A model generated the notes under the pieces. It had not been told where the DNA came from. It searched no databases and worked only from the letters and a program-made list of their open reading frames with translations. The translations under genes were made by a program, and so were the position numbers. Source: Desulfurococcaceae archaeon (lineage in GTDB: Archaea > Thermoproteota > Thermoprotei_A > Sulfolobales > Desulfurococcaceae). Taken from it: DNA of 63,691 nucleotides. The stretch spans positions 1 through 63,691 of the forward strand of contig JAWBAI010000009.1 of the NCBI GenBank assembly GCA_038816475.1, given 5' to 3'. Shown here in pieces: positions 49,083 to 59,137 of the stretch (the stretch's first letter is position 1; every line of letters starts with the position of its first letter).

Positions 49083-49997
49083 GTGGTGTTCGTGGAATAC
49101 AGGGCTATTGAGCACAGGCTAAGAAGAGCTATGAGCGGGTTCAAGGTATCCTTTTGGTTAAGCTTACTTGGTACTACAGTTGAAGCACTAGTTGTTATGG
49201 TCATGTACAACATTGTGCTTTTCGCTGATCTCGCGCACTGGGTTGTAGATACTGTTCTCGAGGCTTTGTTCATGGTGTCGTTGAACCACGCTTCCAGGAC
49301 TAGCAGAAGATTCCCCCTTGGAACACTATTTCTTGAATCCATACTTGTAACAGTTGTTGCAGTTATAGTAATAGGAGTGTACGGTTACGTTTTCGTTGAC
49401 TACTTCATCAACTACAGGAACCAGGAGCTAAGTGGTGTGTACCACCCGGCGTTATCCCTGGTTACAGCATTAGGTGCTGTGCTAACAGCTACAACCATGC
49501 TTATACAAAAGAGGAAGTACGAGGAGCTCAAGCTGGAGATCGTGAGGATAGACTACGTACACGCTGTTCTCGACACGTTTGCAGCGATCATTGCTACACT
49601 CGGTATGCTGGTCGTAGCGTTCACCCAGAACTCTGGCTTCGAAGCGCTATTCACGGCAGTACTTACGTTCTTCGTTTTCCACAGCATCATCGAAGTTCTA
49701 AGAGACACGTTTAGAACAGTTACTGGCAGGAACGTTGATCCCGACCTCAAGTTAAGGGTTTTTGAAAAGCTGGTTAGAGAACTCGCTGATGTACGCGTGA
49801 AGAACGTGGATGCCAGGAAGATCGGGTCGTTTTACATAGTCAGTGTTCACGTTGGAGTCGATCCGAGAACCACTATTCTGGAAGCATATAGGATTCGTTC
49901 GAGGATTGTAGATGCTGTGCGTGAAGTAAGCGACCTAATATACCACGTAGATGTATCAATATCACCTTATAGAGCACAGAGAAGAAAGCACAAGTAG
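49083..49997 (+). CDS. Cation diffusion facilitator transporter
   Basis: HWVVD and HAVLD metal sites; C-terminal dimerisation domain. Confidence 0.88.
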   Translation: MVFVEYRAIEHRLRRAMSGFKVSFWLSLLGTTVEALVVMVMYNIVLFADLAHWVVDTVLEALFMVSLNHASRTSRRFPLGTLFLESILVTVVAVIVIGVYGYVFVDYFINYRNQELSGVYHPALSLVTALGAVLTATTMLIQKRKYEELKLEIVRIDYVHAVLDTFAAIIATLGMLVVAFTQNSGFEALFTAVLTFFVFHSIIEVLRDTFRTVTGRNVDPDLKLRVFEKLVRELADVRVKNVDARKIGSFYIVSVHVGVDPRTTILEAYRIRSRIVDAVREVSDLIYHVDVSISPYRAQRRKHK

Positions 49998-50044
49998 GAT
50001 TCAAGGTATTTAAGTTCTGCATCTATATAGATATCAGGGCTCAG

Positions 50045-51061
50045 TTGAAAAGGTACATGCGTAGAGTGCAATTTACAGGCAGATCAACCTATATAGTTTC
50101 GTTGCCCAAGGAGTGGGCTATAAAGCACGGTTTAAAACCGGGTAGCCAGGTCATAGTTGAGGAAACAGACCACGCTGTAACCATAAGACCATCGCTTGCT
50201 TCAACGCGAGAGCTCAAGCGCATAGTACTCAACGTGAGCTCTGATCAGGAGCCAGAGACGGTTGTTCGCTGGATCATAGGTGCATACGTCATGGGGTACG
50301 ACGAGATCGTGGTTAAGAGCAACAGTATACATCCACAGCTCAGAAACTCCATTAGGAGCGTTGTTCTCAGCAGGTTACCGGCTGCAGAGATCACGAACGA
50401 GGATGTGGATGAGATCAGAATAAGCGTTATTCTAGCACCGGATAAACAGCCTCTTCATACAGCACTCAAGCGGTTGGTCAAAGTGGTGTTGTCCGTCTTC
50501 AGTGATTCCTGCATGGTTCTCAGCAGAAAAGACCCTGAGACGGCAGCGGAGATCCTCAGAGAGGATGATAGCATAGACAGAGTGTACTTTTACGTCAACA
50601 GACTCATAAACATGAGCGCTCTGGGTAGAACAGAGGTAACTGAAGATGTGAGTAGTCTTGACTTGATAATGTACAGAGCTCTATCAAAGCTTCTGGAGAG
50701 AATAGGTGATCACGTTGTTAACATTGCAAAGCAAGTGATGGAGCTTGCGGCAGCTCAAATACCCAGCGAAGCTCACAAGCTATGTTTTGACGTAATGAAC
50801 GTATGTAAAAAGTCTACGGACGCTTTCCTCAGTAAGGACCCGTTTCTCGTTCAGGAGGTCTCATCGTTCGTTGACAGCGTTAAACAGCTTGAGAAGAAGC
50901 TGGTTGAAGACTACTCCAGGTTGCTTAAACCAAATGAACTAGTATCCTTTAAGCTTCTACTGGAGAGCTTGAGAAGAATAGCTGAGTACTCGAAGGACAT
51001 AGCCGAGCTAGCGCTTGACATGGGTCTCGATAAGATATCTGCTACTGGTGAAGGTAAATAA
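50045..51061 (+). CDS. AbrB-PhoU phosphate uptake regulator
   Basis: RRVQFTGRSTYIVSLPKEW, LERIGDH, LRRIAEY. Confidence 0.92.
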   Translation: MKRYMRRVQFTGRSTYIVSLPKEWAIKHGLKPGSQVIVEETDHAVTIRPSLASTRELKRIVLNVSSDQEPETVVRWIIGAYVMGYDEIVVKSNSIHPQLRNSIRSVVLSRLPAAEITNEDVDEIRISVILAPDKQPLHTALKRLVKVVLSVFSDSCMVLSRKDPETAAEILREDDSIDRVYFYVNRLINMSALGRTEVTEDVSSLDLIMYRALSKLLERIGDHVVNIAKQVMELAAAQIPSEAHKLCFDVMNVCKKSTDAFLSKDPFLVQEVSSFVDSVKQLEKKLVEDYSRLLKPNELVSFKLLLESLRRIAEYSKDIAELALDMGLDKISATGEGK

Positions 51062-51088
51062 ACCTGGACGCTGTTTAACACAGACTCT

Positions 51089-52126
51089 GTGTTAGACATG
51101 TTCGAGCTACTTGAAAAGGGCAAACACGCACTTGTGATAGCCATTGGTGGTGGAGGAGACATAGCTTCCGCTGTTGTAATAGCCAGGTTCCTAGCGAGGT
51201 TCAACGTTAAGTACACTCTTGCATCCATAGCATGGGAAAGGTACATTAACGACCCTGTTCCAGGCCCCATAAAGCTAGATGAGGTTAAAAACTACGTTAA
51301 GAGAGGTGAAGGCTACGTTGTTGTGGATGGAAACTCCTATGCTGTTAGAAACAGCAGAAAGGTCGTATTTCAAGCTGTTAATGCTTCAAAGGCTACGGGT
51401 GAACATGTCTACGTGGTAGATGTGTACGGTGGTGTAAGAGGTTACGTTGAAGCTTTGAAAGAGGTGATCTCAGGCACGGGCGCTGACTACGTACTGGGAG
51501 TTGATGTAGGTGGAGATAGCCTAGCTACTGGATGCGAGGAAACGCTTTGGAGCCCTCTTGCTGACTGGATGGGTGTTTCTGCTGTAGGAAGTCTCAAGGG
51601 TGTTTTAGCTGTTCACTCCCTGGGTAGCGATGGTGAACTTGAACAAAACTACCTGTTAACCAGAGTAGACGAGATATCGCAGCGCGGAGGATTAATAGCT
51701 GTTTCATCTCTATCGCGCAGAGACGCTGAGCTACTGGAGGAGATACTTCGGTACGTTAAGAGCGAGGCTTCAATGGTATCGCTACTTGCGTTAAAGGGGT
51801 ACAGAGGTCCCTTTAAGCTTAGAATGGGCTCGAGAAGTGTTAACGTAAACCTCATTAGTACTTTCACCTTTTACTTACTAGCAGATGTTGTAAGCAGGGA
51901 TGTTGCTGTTCTAGAGGAATTAGCATCAACGCGATCCCTGAGTGAAGCCAACAACCTGCTGAACAAGTATGGAATATACACAGAGCTCAACCTCGAGGAA
52001 GACCTAGCTGAGCTCGGAGTTAAACCAGAAGAGCTCACTGCTGATCATCTCACGAACGTGAGGAGTAAAGGGCTTAGGGAGCTCGAGAACGCTAGGAGGT
52101 CCTACTGTACTAAGCAACTGCCGTAG
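51089..52126 (+). CDS. DUF1152 family protein
   Basis: IGGGGDI, WER...DPVPGP, DVGGDSLA, SPLAD, DGEL. Confidence 0.85.
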   Translation: MLDMFELLEKGKHALVIAIGGGGDIASAVVIARFLARFNVKYTLASIAWERYINDPVPGPIKLDEVKNYVKRGEGYVVVDGNSYAVRNSRKVVFQAVNASKATGEHVYVVDVYGGVRGYVEALKEVISGTGADYVLGVDVGGDSLATGCEETLWSPLADWMGVSAVGSLKGVLAVHSLGSDGELEQNYLLTRVDEISQRGGLIAVSSLSRRDAELLEEILRYVKSEASMVSLLALKGYRGPFKLRMGSRSVNVNLISTFTFYLLADVVSRDVAVLEELASTRSLSEANNLLNKYGIYTELNLEEDLAELGVKPEELTADHLTNVRSKGLRELENARRSYCTKQLP

Positions 52127-52224
52127 AAGAGCCCTGTAGCTTTTATATACTGTTTCCTCATTTTTGCATATGGCACAAATGCATTCATGCAGAGCTGGGT
52201 GCGAGCAGTACAGGTTGGTGCTGT

Positions 52225-53772
52225 ATGCCTAGTGTGGTTGTGTTCTTCGAGGTTCACCAGCCCTACAGGCTTAACAGGAGAATGCACGAGAAGCTAATAT
52301 CGAGAGCGCTGTCGGGTAGGCTAGACCTCATTGACCTGGAGGAGATCGTGTTCGACAATGAGCTGAACAGTCGGGTTATCGAGAGAGTAGCTGACAAATG
52401 CTATCTTCCAGCGACTAGGATCATAGTTGAGAACATAGAAAAGTACAAGAACACGAGTAAACCGTTCAAGGTTACATTCAGCCTGAGCGGTGTTTTCCTT
52501 GAGCAGGCTAGGAAGTGGAGACCGGACGTAGTGGACTTGTTCAAGAAAGCTGTAGACACAGGCTTTGTAGAGCTCGCTGAGCAAACCTACTACCACAGTG
52601 TAGTCGCTTTCATGCCCTACTATGGGCTGGAGGAGCTCGCTGAGCAGGTGAACGAGCATAGGCGTATCACCGAGGAGACGTTTGGTTACAGACCTGTAAC
52701 CGTGGAGAACACAGAGTTCACCTACAACAATGAGCTAGCCTGCTTCCTGTACAGGTTAGGATTTAAAGTTATGCTTACAGAGGGTGTTGACTGGGTTCTC
52801 GGGTGGAGAAGCCCAAACTACGTGTACCGAGCCGATGGGTGTGATATGAGGGTTCTCACGAGAAACTACAGGCTTAGTGATGATGTGGGTTTCAGATTTA
52901 GCGATAGAAGATGGGACCAGTACCCTTTAACTGCTGATAAGTACGCTGCATGGCTTTCTGCAACTCCGGGAGACGTTGTTTTCATAGCAATGGACTACGA
53001 AACCTTTGGAGAACACCACTGGCCTGAGACCGGCATATACGAGTTCCTTAGATGGTTACCGGGTGAAGTACTGAAGTACGGTAACCTAGAGTTCCTTTCA
53101 ACTTCCGAAGCAGCCTTCAAGTACCCAGCTAGAGATGTGCTCAGTGTTCCATGGTGGTCCACGATCAGCTGGGCTGATGAGCGTGACTTGTCTGCATGGC
53201 TTGGAAACACCATGCAGCAAACAGCATTTAACCTTGTCACGGACCTTAGACCATACGTTAAAGCTGTTGAGAAACCTGAGCTTATTAGGCTGTGGAAGCT
53301 TCTGACGATCAGCGATCACTACTACTACATGGCAACAAAGTTCGGAGCTTCGGGTGAAGTGCATGCTTACTTTTCACCCTACAAGGATGCTTCAGTAGCC
53401 TACGGATTGCTCATGGAGGTTGCTGGGTTACTCGTTAAGCTTGTAGCAGACGAGATCAGAGCCAACAAGACCAGGATTATTTCGAAGCTAGTACTACCAC
53501 AGCACAAAGCCTTCTACTTCAACATGCCAACAGGTGAGTTCACCGGTTACTCTGCTAGGTCTTTACCAGAGTTCCTGGAGATGCTTGAGAAGGTTCCAGC
53601 AGAGTCCTTCATTTACCACTTGAACAGAGGTGACTTCGAGAACTGGCTTAGGCAGGTCTTCTTTCTGGAGGATGAAGCTGAGGAGATATCGCGAGTAAAG
53701 CAGGAACCCGGCTCTTACCGGGAGAAGCTTACAGGTGTTGCAAGAGTTATCAGAAGAGCTCTAGGGGTGTAA
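52225..53772 (+). CDS. GH57 alpha-amylase with C-terminal DUF5752-like domain
   Basis: EVHQP, TYYHS, NTE, DYETFGEH, SWAD, SDHYYYM; C-terminal YHLNRGDFENW. Confidence 0.92.
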   Translation: MPSVVVFFEVHQPYRLNRRMHEKLISRALSGRLDLIDLEEIVFDNELNSRVIERVADKCYLPATRIIVENIEKYKNTSKPFKVTFSLSGVFLEQARKWRPDVVDLFKKAVDTGFVELAEQTYYHSVVAFMPYYGLEELAEQVNEHRRITEETFGYRPVTVENTEFTYNNELACFLYRLGFKVMLTEGVDWVLGWRSPNYVYRADGCDMRVLTRNYRLSDDVGFRFSDRRWDQYPLTADKYAAWLSATPGDVVFIAMDYETFGEHHWPETGIYEFLRWLPGEVLKYGNLEFLSTSEAAFKYPARDVLSVPWWSTISWADERDLSAWLGNTMQQTAFNLVTDLRPYVKAVEKPELIRLWKLLTISDHYYYMATKFGASGEVHAYFSPYKDASVAYGLLMEVAGLLVKLVADEIRANKTRIISKLVLPQHKAFYFNMPTGEFTGYSARSLPEFLEMLEKVPAESFIYHLNRGDFENWLRQVFFLEDEAEEISRVKQEPGSYREKLTGVARVIRRALGV

Positions 53773-53777
53773 GCAGA

Positions 53778-55697
53778 GTGCCAGTTAACTTCGCTTTTGT
53801 ACTTCACTTCCATCAGCCTCATGGTCAACTGAAGTGGATCAACGAGAGAATATTCGAGAACAGCTATAAACTACTCCTCAGCATAATGAGGGATTACAGT
53901 GATCTAAAGTTCGTTGTTCACATAAGTGGACCCCTACTGCTGTACCTGGAGGAATATCACCCTGATTGGTTGAACGAAATGTTCAAGCTCGGGGACATAG
54001 GAACAGTTGAGTTCATCGCTGGAACTATAAGTGAGTCTATTCTACCGCTGGTTCCGAGCTGGGACAGAGTTAAGCAGATAACACTGTACCTAGAGCGCTT
54101 CGAGAAGATCTCGGGTATTAGACCACGTGGTTTCTGGCTACCTGAGAGAGTTTGGGAGCCATGGTTACCTGAGGTTCTCGCATCAGCGGGCATTGAGTAC
54201 GTTCTACTGGATGATGCCGTGCTGAGGAAATCGGGTTATTCTCAGGACTACTCGAAGTATGCATGGATTACCGAGGAGAGCGGTCTACCGGTTAAGGTGT
54301 TCTTCATAGATGAAAAACTTAGGTACATTCTTCCGTGGGAGCAACCTGAGAGAGTAGTTGAGTACATGGTTCAACAGGGTAGAGACGAGTCCGTTGTTCT
54401 CGTGTGGGGGAGCGATGCAGAGAAGTTCGGAGAATGGATGGATCCGGGGAGAAGTGAGTGGTGGTTGAGAAGATTCCTCGACACTTTGAGAACTGAGAGC
54501 AGAGTTCAAACTGTGCATTTGTCGGGATACCTGAGGGAGTACGGAGTAAAAGGCTACTTATACCTGGACACCGGTAGTTACGATAAAATGCTCGAGTGGA
54601 GCGGTGGCTTCTTCAGGAACTTCCTTCGGAAGTACGCTGAGAGTAACAACATGCACAAGAAAGCACTGTGGGTTAGGAGAAAGCTTGAGAGAGCTTACGG
54701 TGATCAAGGGGTTTACCCGCTGGACTACTACATGGCTTACTGCAACGATGCATACTGGCATGGCTTGTTCGGTGGTGTATACCTGGCACACCTCAGGCAA
54801 GCCATCTATGAAAGCCTCATACGAGTTGAGGTAAGAGCAGAGGAGCTCACAGATTACTTCAGAAGCGAGAATGTTAAGAGGATTCTCGTGGACTTCGACT
54901 ACGATGGAAACCTCGAGTTGCTCGTTGAAACACCGAGTTACAACCTCTACGTTAAACCATCCGATGGTGGAACGCTATTCGAGTTCGACGTTAAGGTGAA
55001 GGGGCTTGAGCACAATGTTCAGGACACCATGACCAGGTACCCGGAGCCATACCTCGAGGGGTTCATCAACCCGGACTGGTACAGGAGAACGAGCTGGAGA
55101 GTACATGTATGGGGTCGCGAAACAACCATACACGACTGGATGTACAACACACCGTTCAAGGACATGAGCGATCTAGCACTAGCGAAGTACTCAACGGTCT
55201 TTACCGAGAACAGTGGTATATTCCGTCTGAGAACAATCGGTGGCGTATACTACTATGGTTCAAGAGCAGCTATGCTGCTGTTTGAAAAGGAGGTGAGACT
55301 ACTGGACAAGGGCTACGAAACTAAATACCTGGTTAGAAACCTTGGTGAGAACGCTGTTGTAGGTAAAATAGGGCTAGAGTACCATGTTGCGTGGAAGATC
55401 AACAGAATCCGTGAGCAAAAGCCCTGGTACACGGTGGATGGAGAAAAGTTCAGTGTTGACGAGTGGTTCTCGGGCAGAGGAGGAACCGTGAAGCTTTACT
55501 CTGAACCGTATCCACCGATCACTCTTGAGTCTAGCAGAGAGCTTGAGCTCTGGGTTGCTAGGTTGTCAAGCTACGCTAGAACAGAGAAGGGTCTCAGAGA
55601 GATACCTCAGGGGCTTGGTGTAATGTTCCTGGAGGATGTTGACCTGAAGAAGGGGGATACATTCGAGGTGGTCATCAAGCACGTGGTTGAGCTCTGA
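53778..55697 (+). CDS. GH57 4-alpha-glucanotransferase/alpha-amylase
   Basis: HFHQP, WLPERVWEP, DAEKFG, NDAYWHGLFGG. Confidence 0.92.
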   Translation: MPVNFAFVLHFHQPHGQLKWINERIFENSYKLLLSIMRDYSDLKFVVHISGPLLLYLEEYHPDWLNEMFKLGDIGTVEFIAGTISESILPLVPSWDRVKQITLYLERFEKISGIRPRGFWLPERVWEPWLPEVLASAGIEYVLLDDAVLRKSGYSQDYSKYAWITEESGLPVKVFFIDEKLRYILPWEQPERVVEYMVQQGRDESVVLVWGSDAEKFGEWMDPGRSEWWLRRFLDTLRTESRVQTVHLSGYLREYGVKGYLYLDTGSYDKMLEWSGGFFRNFLRKYAESNNMHKKALWVRRKLERAYGDQGVYPLDYYMAYCNDAYWHGLFGGVYLAHLRQAIYESLIRVEVRAEELTDYFRSENVKRILVDFDYDGNLELLVETPSYNLYVKPSDGGTLFEFDVKVKGLEHNVQDTMTRYPEPYLEGFINPDWYRRTSWRVHVWGRETTIHDWMYNTPFKDMSDLALAKYSTVFTENSGIFRLRTIGGVYYYGSRAAMLLFEKEVRLLDKGYETKYLVRNLGENAVVGKIGLEYHVAWKINRIREQKPWYTVDGEKFSVDEWFSGRGGTVKLYSEPYPPITLESSRELELWVARLSSYARTEKGLREIPQGLGVMFLEDVDLKKGDTFEVVIKHVVEL

Positions 55698-55732
55698 GCT
55701 AGGCTTCTTCAGCAACACCTAGGTGACCCCAG

Positions 55733-57265
55733 TTGCACAGTGTTTCCAAGGTGGTAATGTTCACCTTCGAGTCGATCTACACTAGGAAGGTTGGTGGGTT
55801 AGCCGAGGTTCCGCCCAGGCTTGGAAAAGCCCTAGTAGAGCAGGGTGTTGAAGTAGAGATATTCACTCCGAACCATGGGTGCATCGATGCTTGTAGAAAC
55901 CCTGTGTTCAGCTCTAGTAAAGGAGGGTTCTGCATTAGTCTACTGGAGAACACTGAGCCAAGACACTACGTTGTTGGTGGAGGTGTACTGGATGACCCCG
56001 TGGTGTACTCGCCGCAGCTGCTCTTGGATAAATCACTCGCCTTCGCGATGGCTGTTGCGGAGTACCTAGGTGAAAGGCTTAAGCACGAGCGAGATTCCAT
56101 TGTTTTCCACGGCCACGACTGGCACAGCTACCCCGCGCTTCTCGCAGTCAACACTATCTCCACAAGGGAGGCTCGCAGGAGTATACTGGTTTACCATGTT
56201 CACCTCTTGTCGAAGACGAGGATTCACGCTGAGAAGCTATGCTCTGCTCTGGGCGTGTGCGGTGAAACCTTTGTTCGCGGTGTTCACGGGGTAAAACCAT
56301 TCTCGTACTACTACAGCGTGTCAGGAGGACTAGTGGAGAAGCTTGCAGCTTTAACCGTAGATGCTATCGTAACCGTTAGCCGTGGTTACTCCAAGAGCCT
56401 TGAGAGAACTATGGGTCCCTCTGCCTGGTACCGTGTAAGCGTTGTACCAAACGCTTCACCAGTAAGCTGGAGCGAGGTGAAGAGTGTTCTCGCGAGGAAA
56501 ACCGGTGTTCGGAGACCGGAGGATCCGGAGTGCAGGCTCGAGCTCAGGAAGTGGTTATTGACAAAGGGGATTAAAGAGGTTAAACTAACCTGGGGGTCAG
56601 CTGAGCTGGAGAACAACGTTAAGAAACTGCTCGATCGCTACGGGGTTGAGTACAGTAAGCCGTTTGATAGCGATGGACCACTGGTCTTCGCCATAGGTAG
56701 ATTGGCTAAGCAGAAGGGTTTTGACACTCTTCTTAAAGCTCTCGACATGGTAACGCTTCACATTCCAAGAGCAAGGGTGGTTCTAGCTGTTGCACCCCTT
56801 GAGTGGAGTCTAGAAGACCTGAGAAGTATGATTGAAGCATCACTAGTCTACGAGGAGAATCTTCGCGTACTACCAGGCATGATCTCCCGGGAGGATGCCA
56901 TTATGTTCTACTACGCATCTAACACTACTCTTGTTCCAAGCAGGTCTGAGCCCTTTGGACTAGTGGCACTTGAATCAATGGCCTCGGGAACGCCGGTTGC
57001 AGCTTCCCGTGTTGAAGGGCTTATCGACGTAGTTTTGGACGTAAGATCCCACGGACCCAGGGGAACCGGCGTTCTCTTCGAGCCATTAAACCCCGTAGAC
57101 CTTGCACAAGCTGTTTCAATCCTCGTTGAACTGGTCGAGAGAGCCTACAAGGGGGACGTGATTGGTCTTCAAGTACGAGAGTCCTGCGTGAAGAGGTCAG
57201 AGGAGTTCAACTGGAGAATTTCAGCTTTAAAAGCCCTCGAAGTATACACGAAGTCGCATGGATAA
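55733..57265 (+). CDS. glgA: Glycogen/starch synthase
   Basis: KVGGL, HGHDWH, GRLAKQKG, PSRSEPFGLVALE. Confidence 0.85.
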   Translation: MHSVSKVVMFTFESIYTRKVGGLAEVPPRLGKALVEQGVEVEIFTPNHGCIDACRNPVFSSSKGGFCISLLENTEPRHYVVGGGVLDDPVVYSPQLLLDKSLAFAMAVAEYLGERLKHERDSIVFHGHDWHSYPALLAVNTISTREARRSILVYHVHLLSKTRIHAEKLCSALGVCGETFVRGVHGVKPFSYYYSVSGGLVEKLAALTVDAIVTVSRGYSKSLERTMGPSAWYRVSVVPNASPVSWSEVKSVLARKTGVRRPEDPECRLELRKWLLTKGIKEVKLTWGSAELENNVKKLLDRYGVEYSKPFDSDGPLVFAIGRLAKQKGFDTLLKALDMVTLHIPRARVVLAVAPLEWSLEDLRSMIEASLVYEENLRVLPGMISREDAIMFYYASNTTLVPSRSEPFGLVALESMASGTPVAASRVEGLIDVVLDVRSHGPRGTGVLFEPLNPVDLAQAVSILVELVERAYKGDVIGLQVRESCVKRSEEFNWRISALKALEVYTKSHG

Positions 57266-57274
57266 CCCGTACAG

Positions 57275-57586
57275 GTGGTAACCGTGCAGAGCATAGTCAG
57301 CAGGTTATCAAGGTACTTCCAGCTAAGCGAGGACGAGGCTTTAGACTTGTACGATGAGCTGGACACCCTCTACAACGAGCTCAAAGCAAGGTTCCTCGAA
57401 GCACTAGTGTACCCGGATAGAAACAGAGAACTCGTTGAAAGGATCTTCGACATGGTATCCAAGCTCTTGACGAAGGAATCGAGAACACTCGAAGAGGACC
57501 TCTTACTGATAGCTCTACTCGATATTCTATCAACCGACCTGCACGATAGAACAATAGGGTTCGTTGAAGCAGAGCAGGAGGAGTAA
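57275..57586 (+). CDS. Acidic helical hypothetical protein
   Basis: Co-directional at the end of the glycogen cluster; 103 aa. Confidence 0.6.
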   Translation: MVTVQSIVSRLSRYFQLSEDEALDLYDELDTLYNELKARFLEALVYPDRNRELVERIFDMVSKLLTKESRTLEEDLLLIALLDILSTDLHDRTIGFVEAEQEE

Positions 57587-57749
57587 GCGGAAAACCCCAT
57601 TCGGAGACTCCACGGGAACAATCCAGGCAAACGTAGTTCTGTAAGCCTAGCTGTAGCCCGTTGAATAATCCTTTGATGAACGCCCCGTTCAGACTATAAA
57701 ACTTATAAGCCAAGGCGTTATGTAATAGGATCTGTAAAAGGGTGATCTC

Positions 57750-59105
57750 ATGGCCTTCGAGGAGCTAGTAAACGCCGTTGTAGACGTAGCAAGAGCTATT
57801 ATTCAAGCTATACCAGCTGTTCTGCTGGCAATAGTAGTGATCCTTGTTGGATACCTGATCGGTAAAGTGTTTGGAGCTGTTGTAAGGCTCGTTTACCACA
57901 GGGTTGTATGGAGATTCCTGAAACCTACTGCTATAGGCAGGAAACTGGAAGAAGCTAAAGTGGACCTTGGAGCAGTACTGGGGGGCATTGTCACAGCTGT
58001 TATAACAGCACTGGCTATTCTACTAGCTATAAACATGCTTGGCTTTCTTGGACCAGCCGTTGAGTTCATCGCCATGTTCATAAGGTTGGTCATTGGAATA
58101 CTTGGAGGTGTTGTTGTACTTGTTCTCGGTATACCGCTCGCGATGCTTGCTGCAGAGTACATTGCCAAGCTAATTGGCTGGTCTCTGGGAGAACGGGATG
58201 GCATAATACCAATTCTAACCACTATTATAGGTGTTCTCCTGCTGCTCTTCGTCTTCGGTTTAGCAATTGCAGTTATGTTTGGAGCAACTGAGCTCCTCAC
58301 TATTCTCACGGCTTCGCTCCCAGCAGCTTTCATGGCTGCTGTAATAATCATTGTTGGCTACATAGTGGCCGATCTCGTGGCTAAGGTCGTAAGACTGTTC
58401 CTTGAGAAGATAAGCAAACCTCTCGAAGCAACTGATATTGGCGCAGCGCTTAAGGGTGCTGGCGTAGACATAGTTTCGTTGATCGCAGGCCTTGTGAAGG
58501 CAGCCATAATAGTCATCGCGATAACCGTTGGACTCGGAATGATCGGTGCTGCAGGTGTAGCTGCTGATGTGCTGGGCGTTGTAACCTACTATCTACCAAG
58601 AATACTGGCGTCAATAGCTCTGCTAACTCTTGGTTTAGCACTCGTGCTGGTGCTAGCCAGGTACATTGGGAAAATCTTTAGAACTGTCGCCAAGGATAAG
58701 TACGTCGCCATCGGAGACCTCTTCGAGAACCTCATCGCCATCGGTCTAATAGCTGTTTTCATAACGATAGCACTGAACATTCTTGGTTTGTACGGTGACT
58801 TCGTCTACTCGCTGATCATTGGTGCACTGATAATAGCGGTTGGCATCGTGATCGTTGATGCTATAACCAGTGTTCTAAGACTTGTACACCCAGCCTTCGA
58901 GAAGTTCACACCGCTGATAGGAGCGGTGTTCGTCTTCGTATTCGCGTACGTTGGTGTCAGCGCAATACTGTCTCAGCTACCAGAAGCCATGACCGTGCTG
59001 AGAACAATATCGTGGGGTGTAGCAATAGCCTTCGCCCTGATGATCATACCAGTAGTGTTCTACCTGGTAAGAGTTGCCTGGAGAGAAGCAGCTTCAACAG
59101 CCTAA
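57750..59105 (+). CDS. Polytopic membrane protein with TM_helix (CmpX-like) repeats
   Basis: Internal duplication ILVGYLIG..VVRL..IGRKL / IIVGYIVA..VVRL..IGAAL; GGTGA RBS. Confidence 0.75.
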   Translation: MAFEELVNAVVDVARAIIQAIPAVLLAIVVILVGYLIGKVFGAVVRLVYHRVVWRFLKPTAIGRKLEEAKVDLGAVLGGIVTAVITALAILLAINMLGFLGPAVEFIAMFIRLVIGILGGVVVLVLGIPLAMLAAEYIAKLIGWSLGERDGIIPILTTIIGVLLLLFVFGLAIAVMFGATELLTILTASLPAAFMAAVIIIVGYIVADLVAKVVRLFLEKISKPLEATDIGAALKGAGVDIVSLIAGLVKAAIIVIAITVGLGMIGAAGVAADVLGVVTYYLPRILASIALLTLGLALVLVLARYIGKIFRTVAKDKYVAIGDLFENLIAIGLIAVFITIALNILGLYGDFVYSLIIGALIIAVGIVIVDAITSVLRLVHPAFEKFTPLIGAVFVFVFAYVGVSAILSQLPEAMTVLRTISWGVAIAFALMIIPVVFYLVRVAWREAASTA

Positions 59106-59137
59106 ACCTTTTTTCTCACCTCCTCTAATCCTCGAGG

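Noticed and set aside
57587-57705. Intergenic TGATGA and TGAAC/GTTCA hairpin as a second sRNA
   Set aside because: No properly spaced C and D boxes
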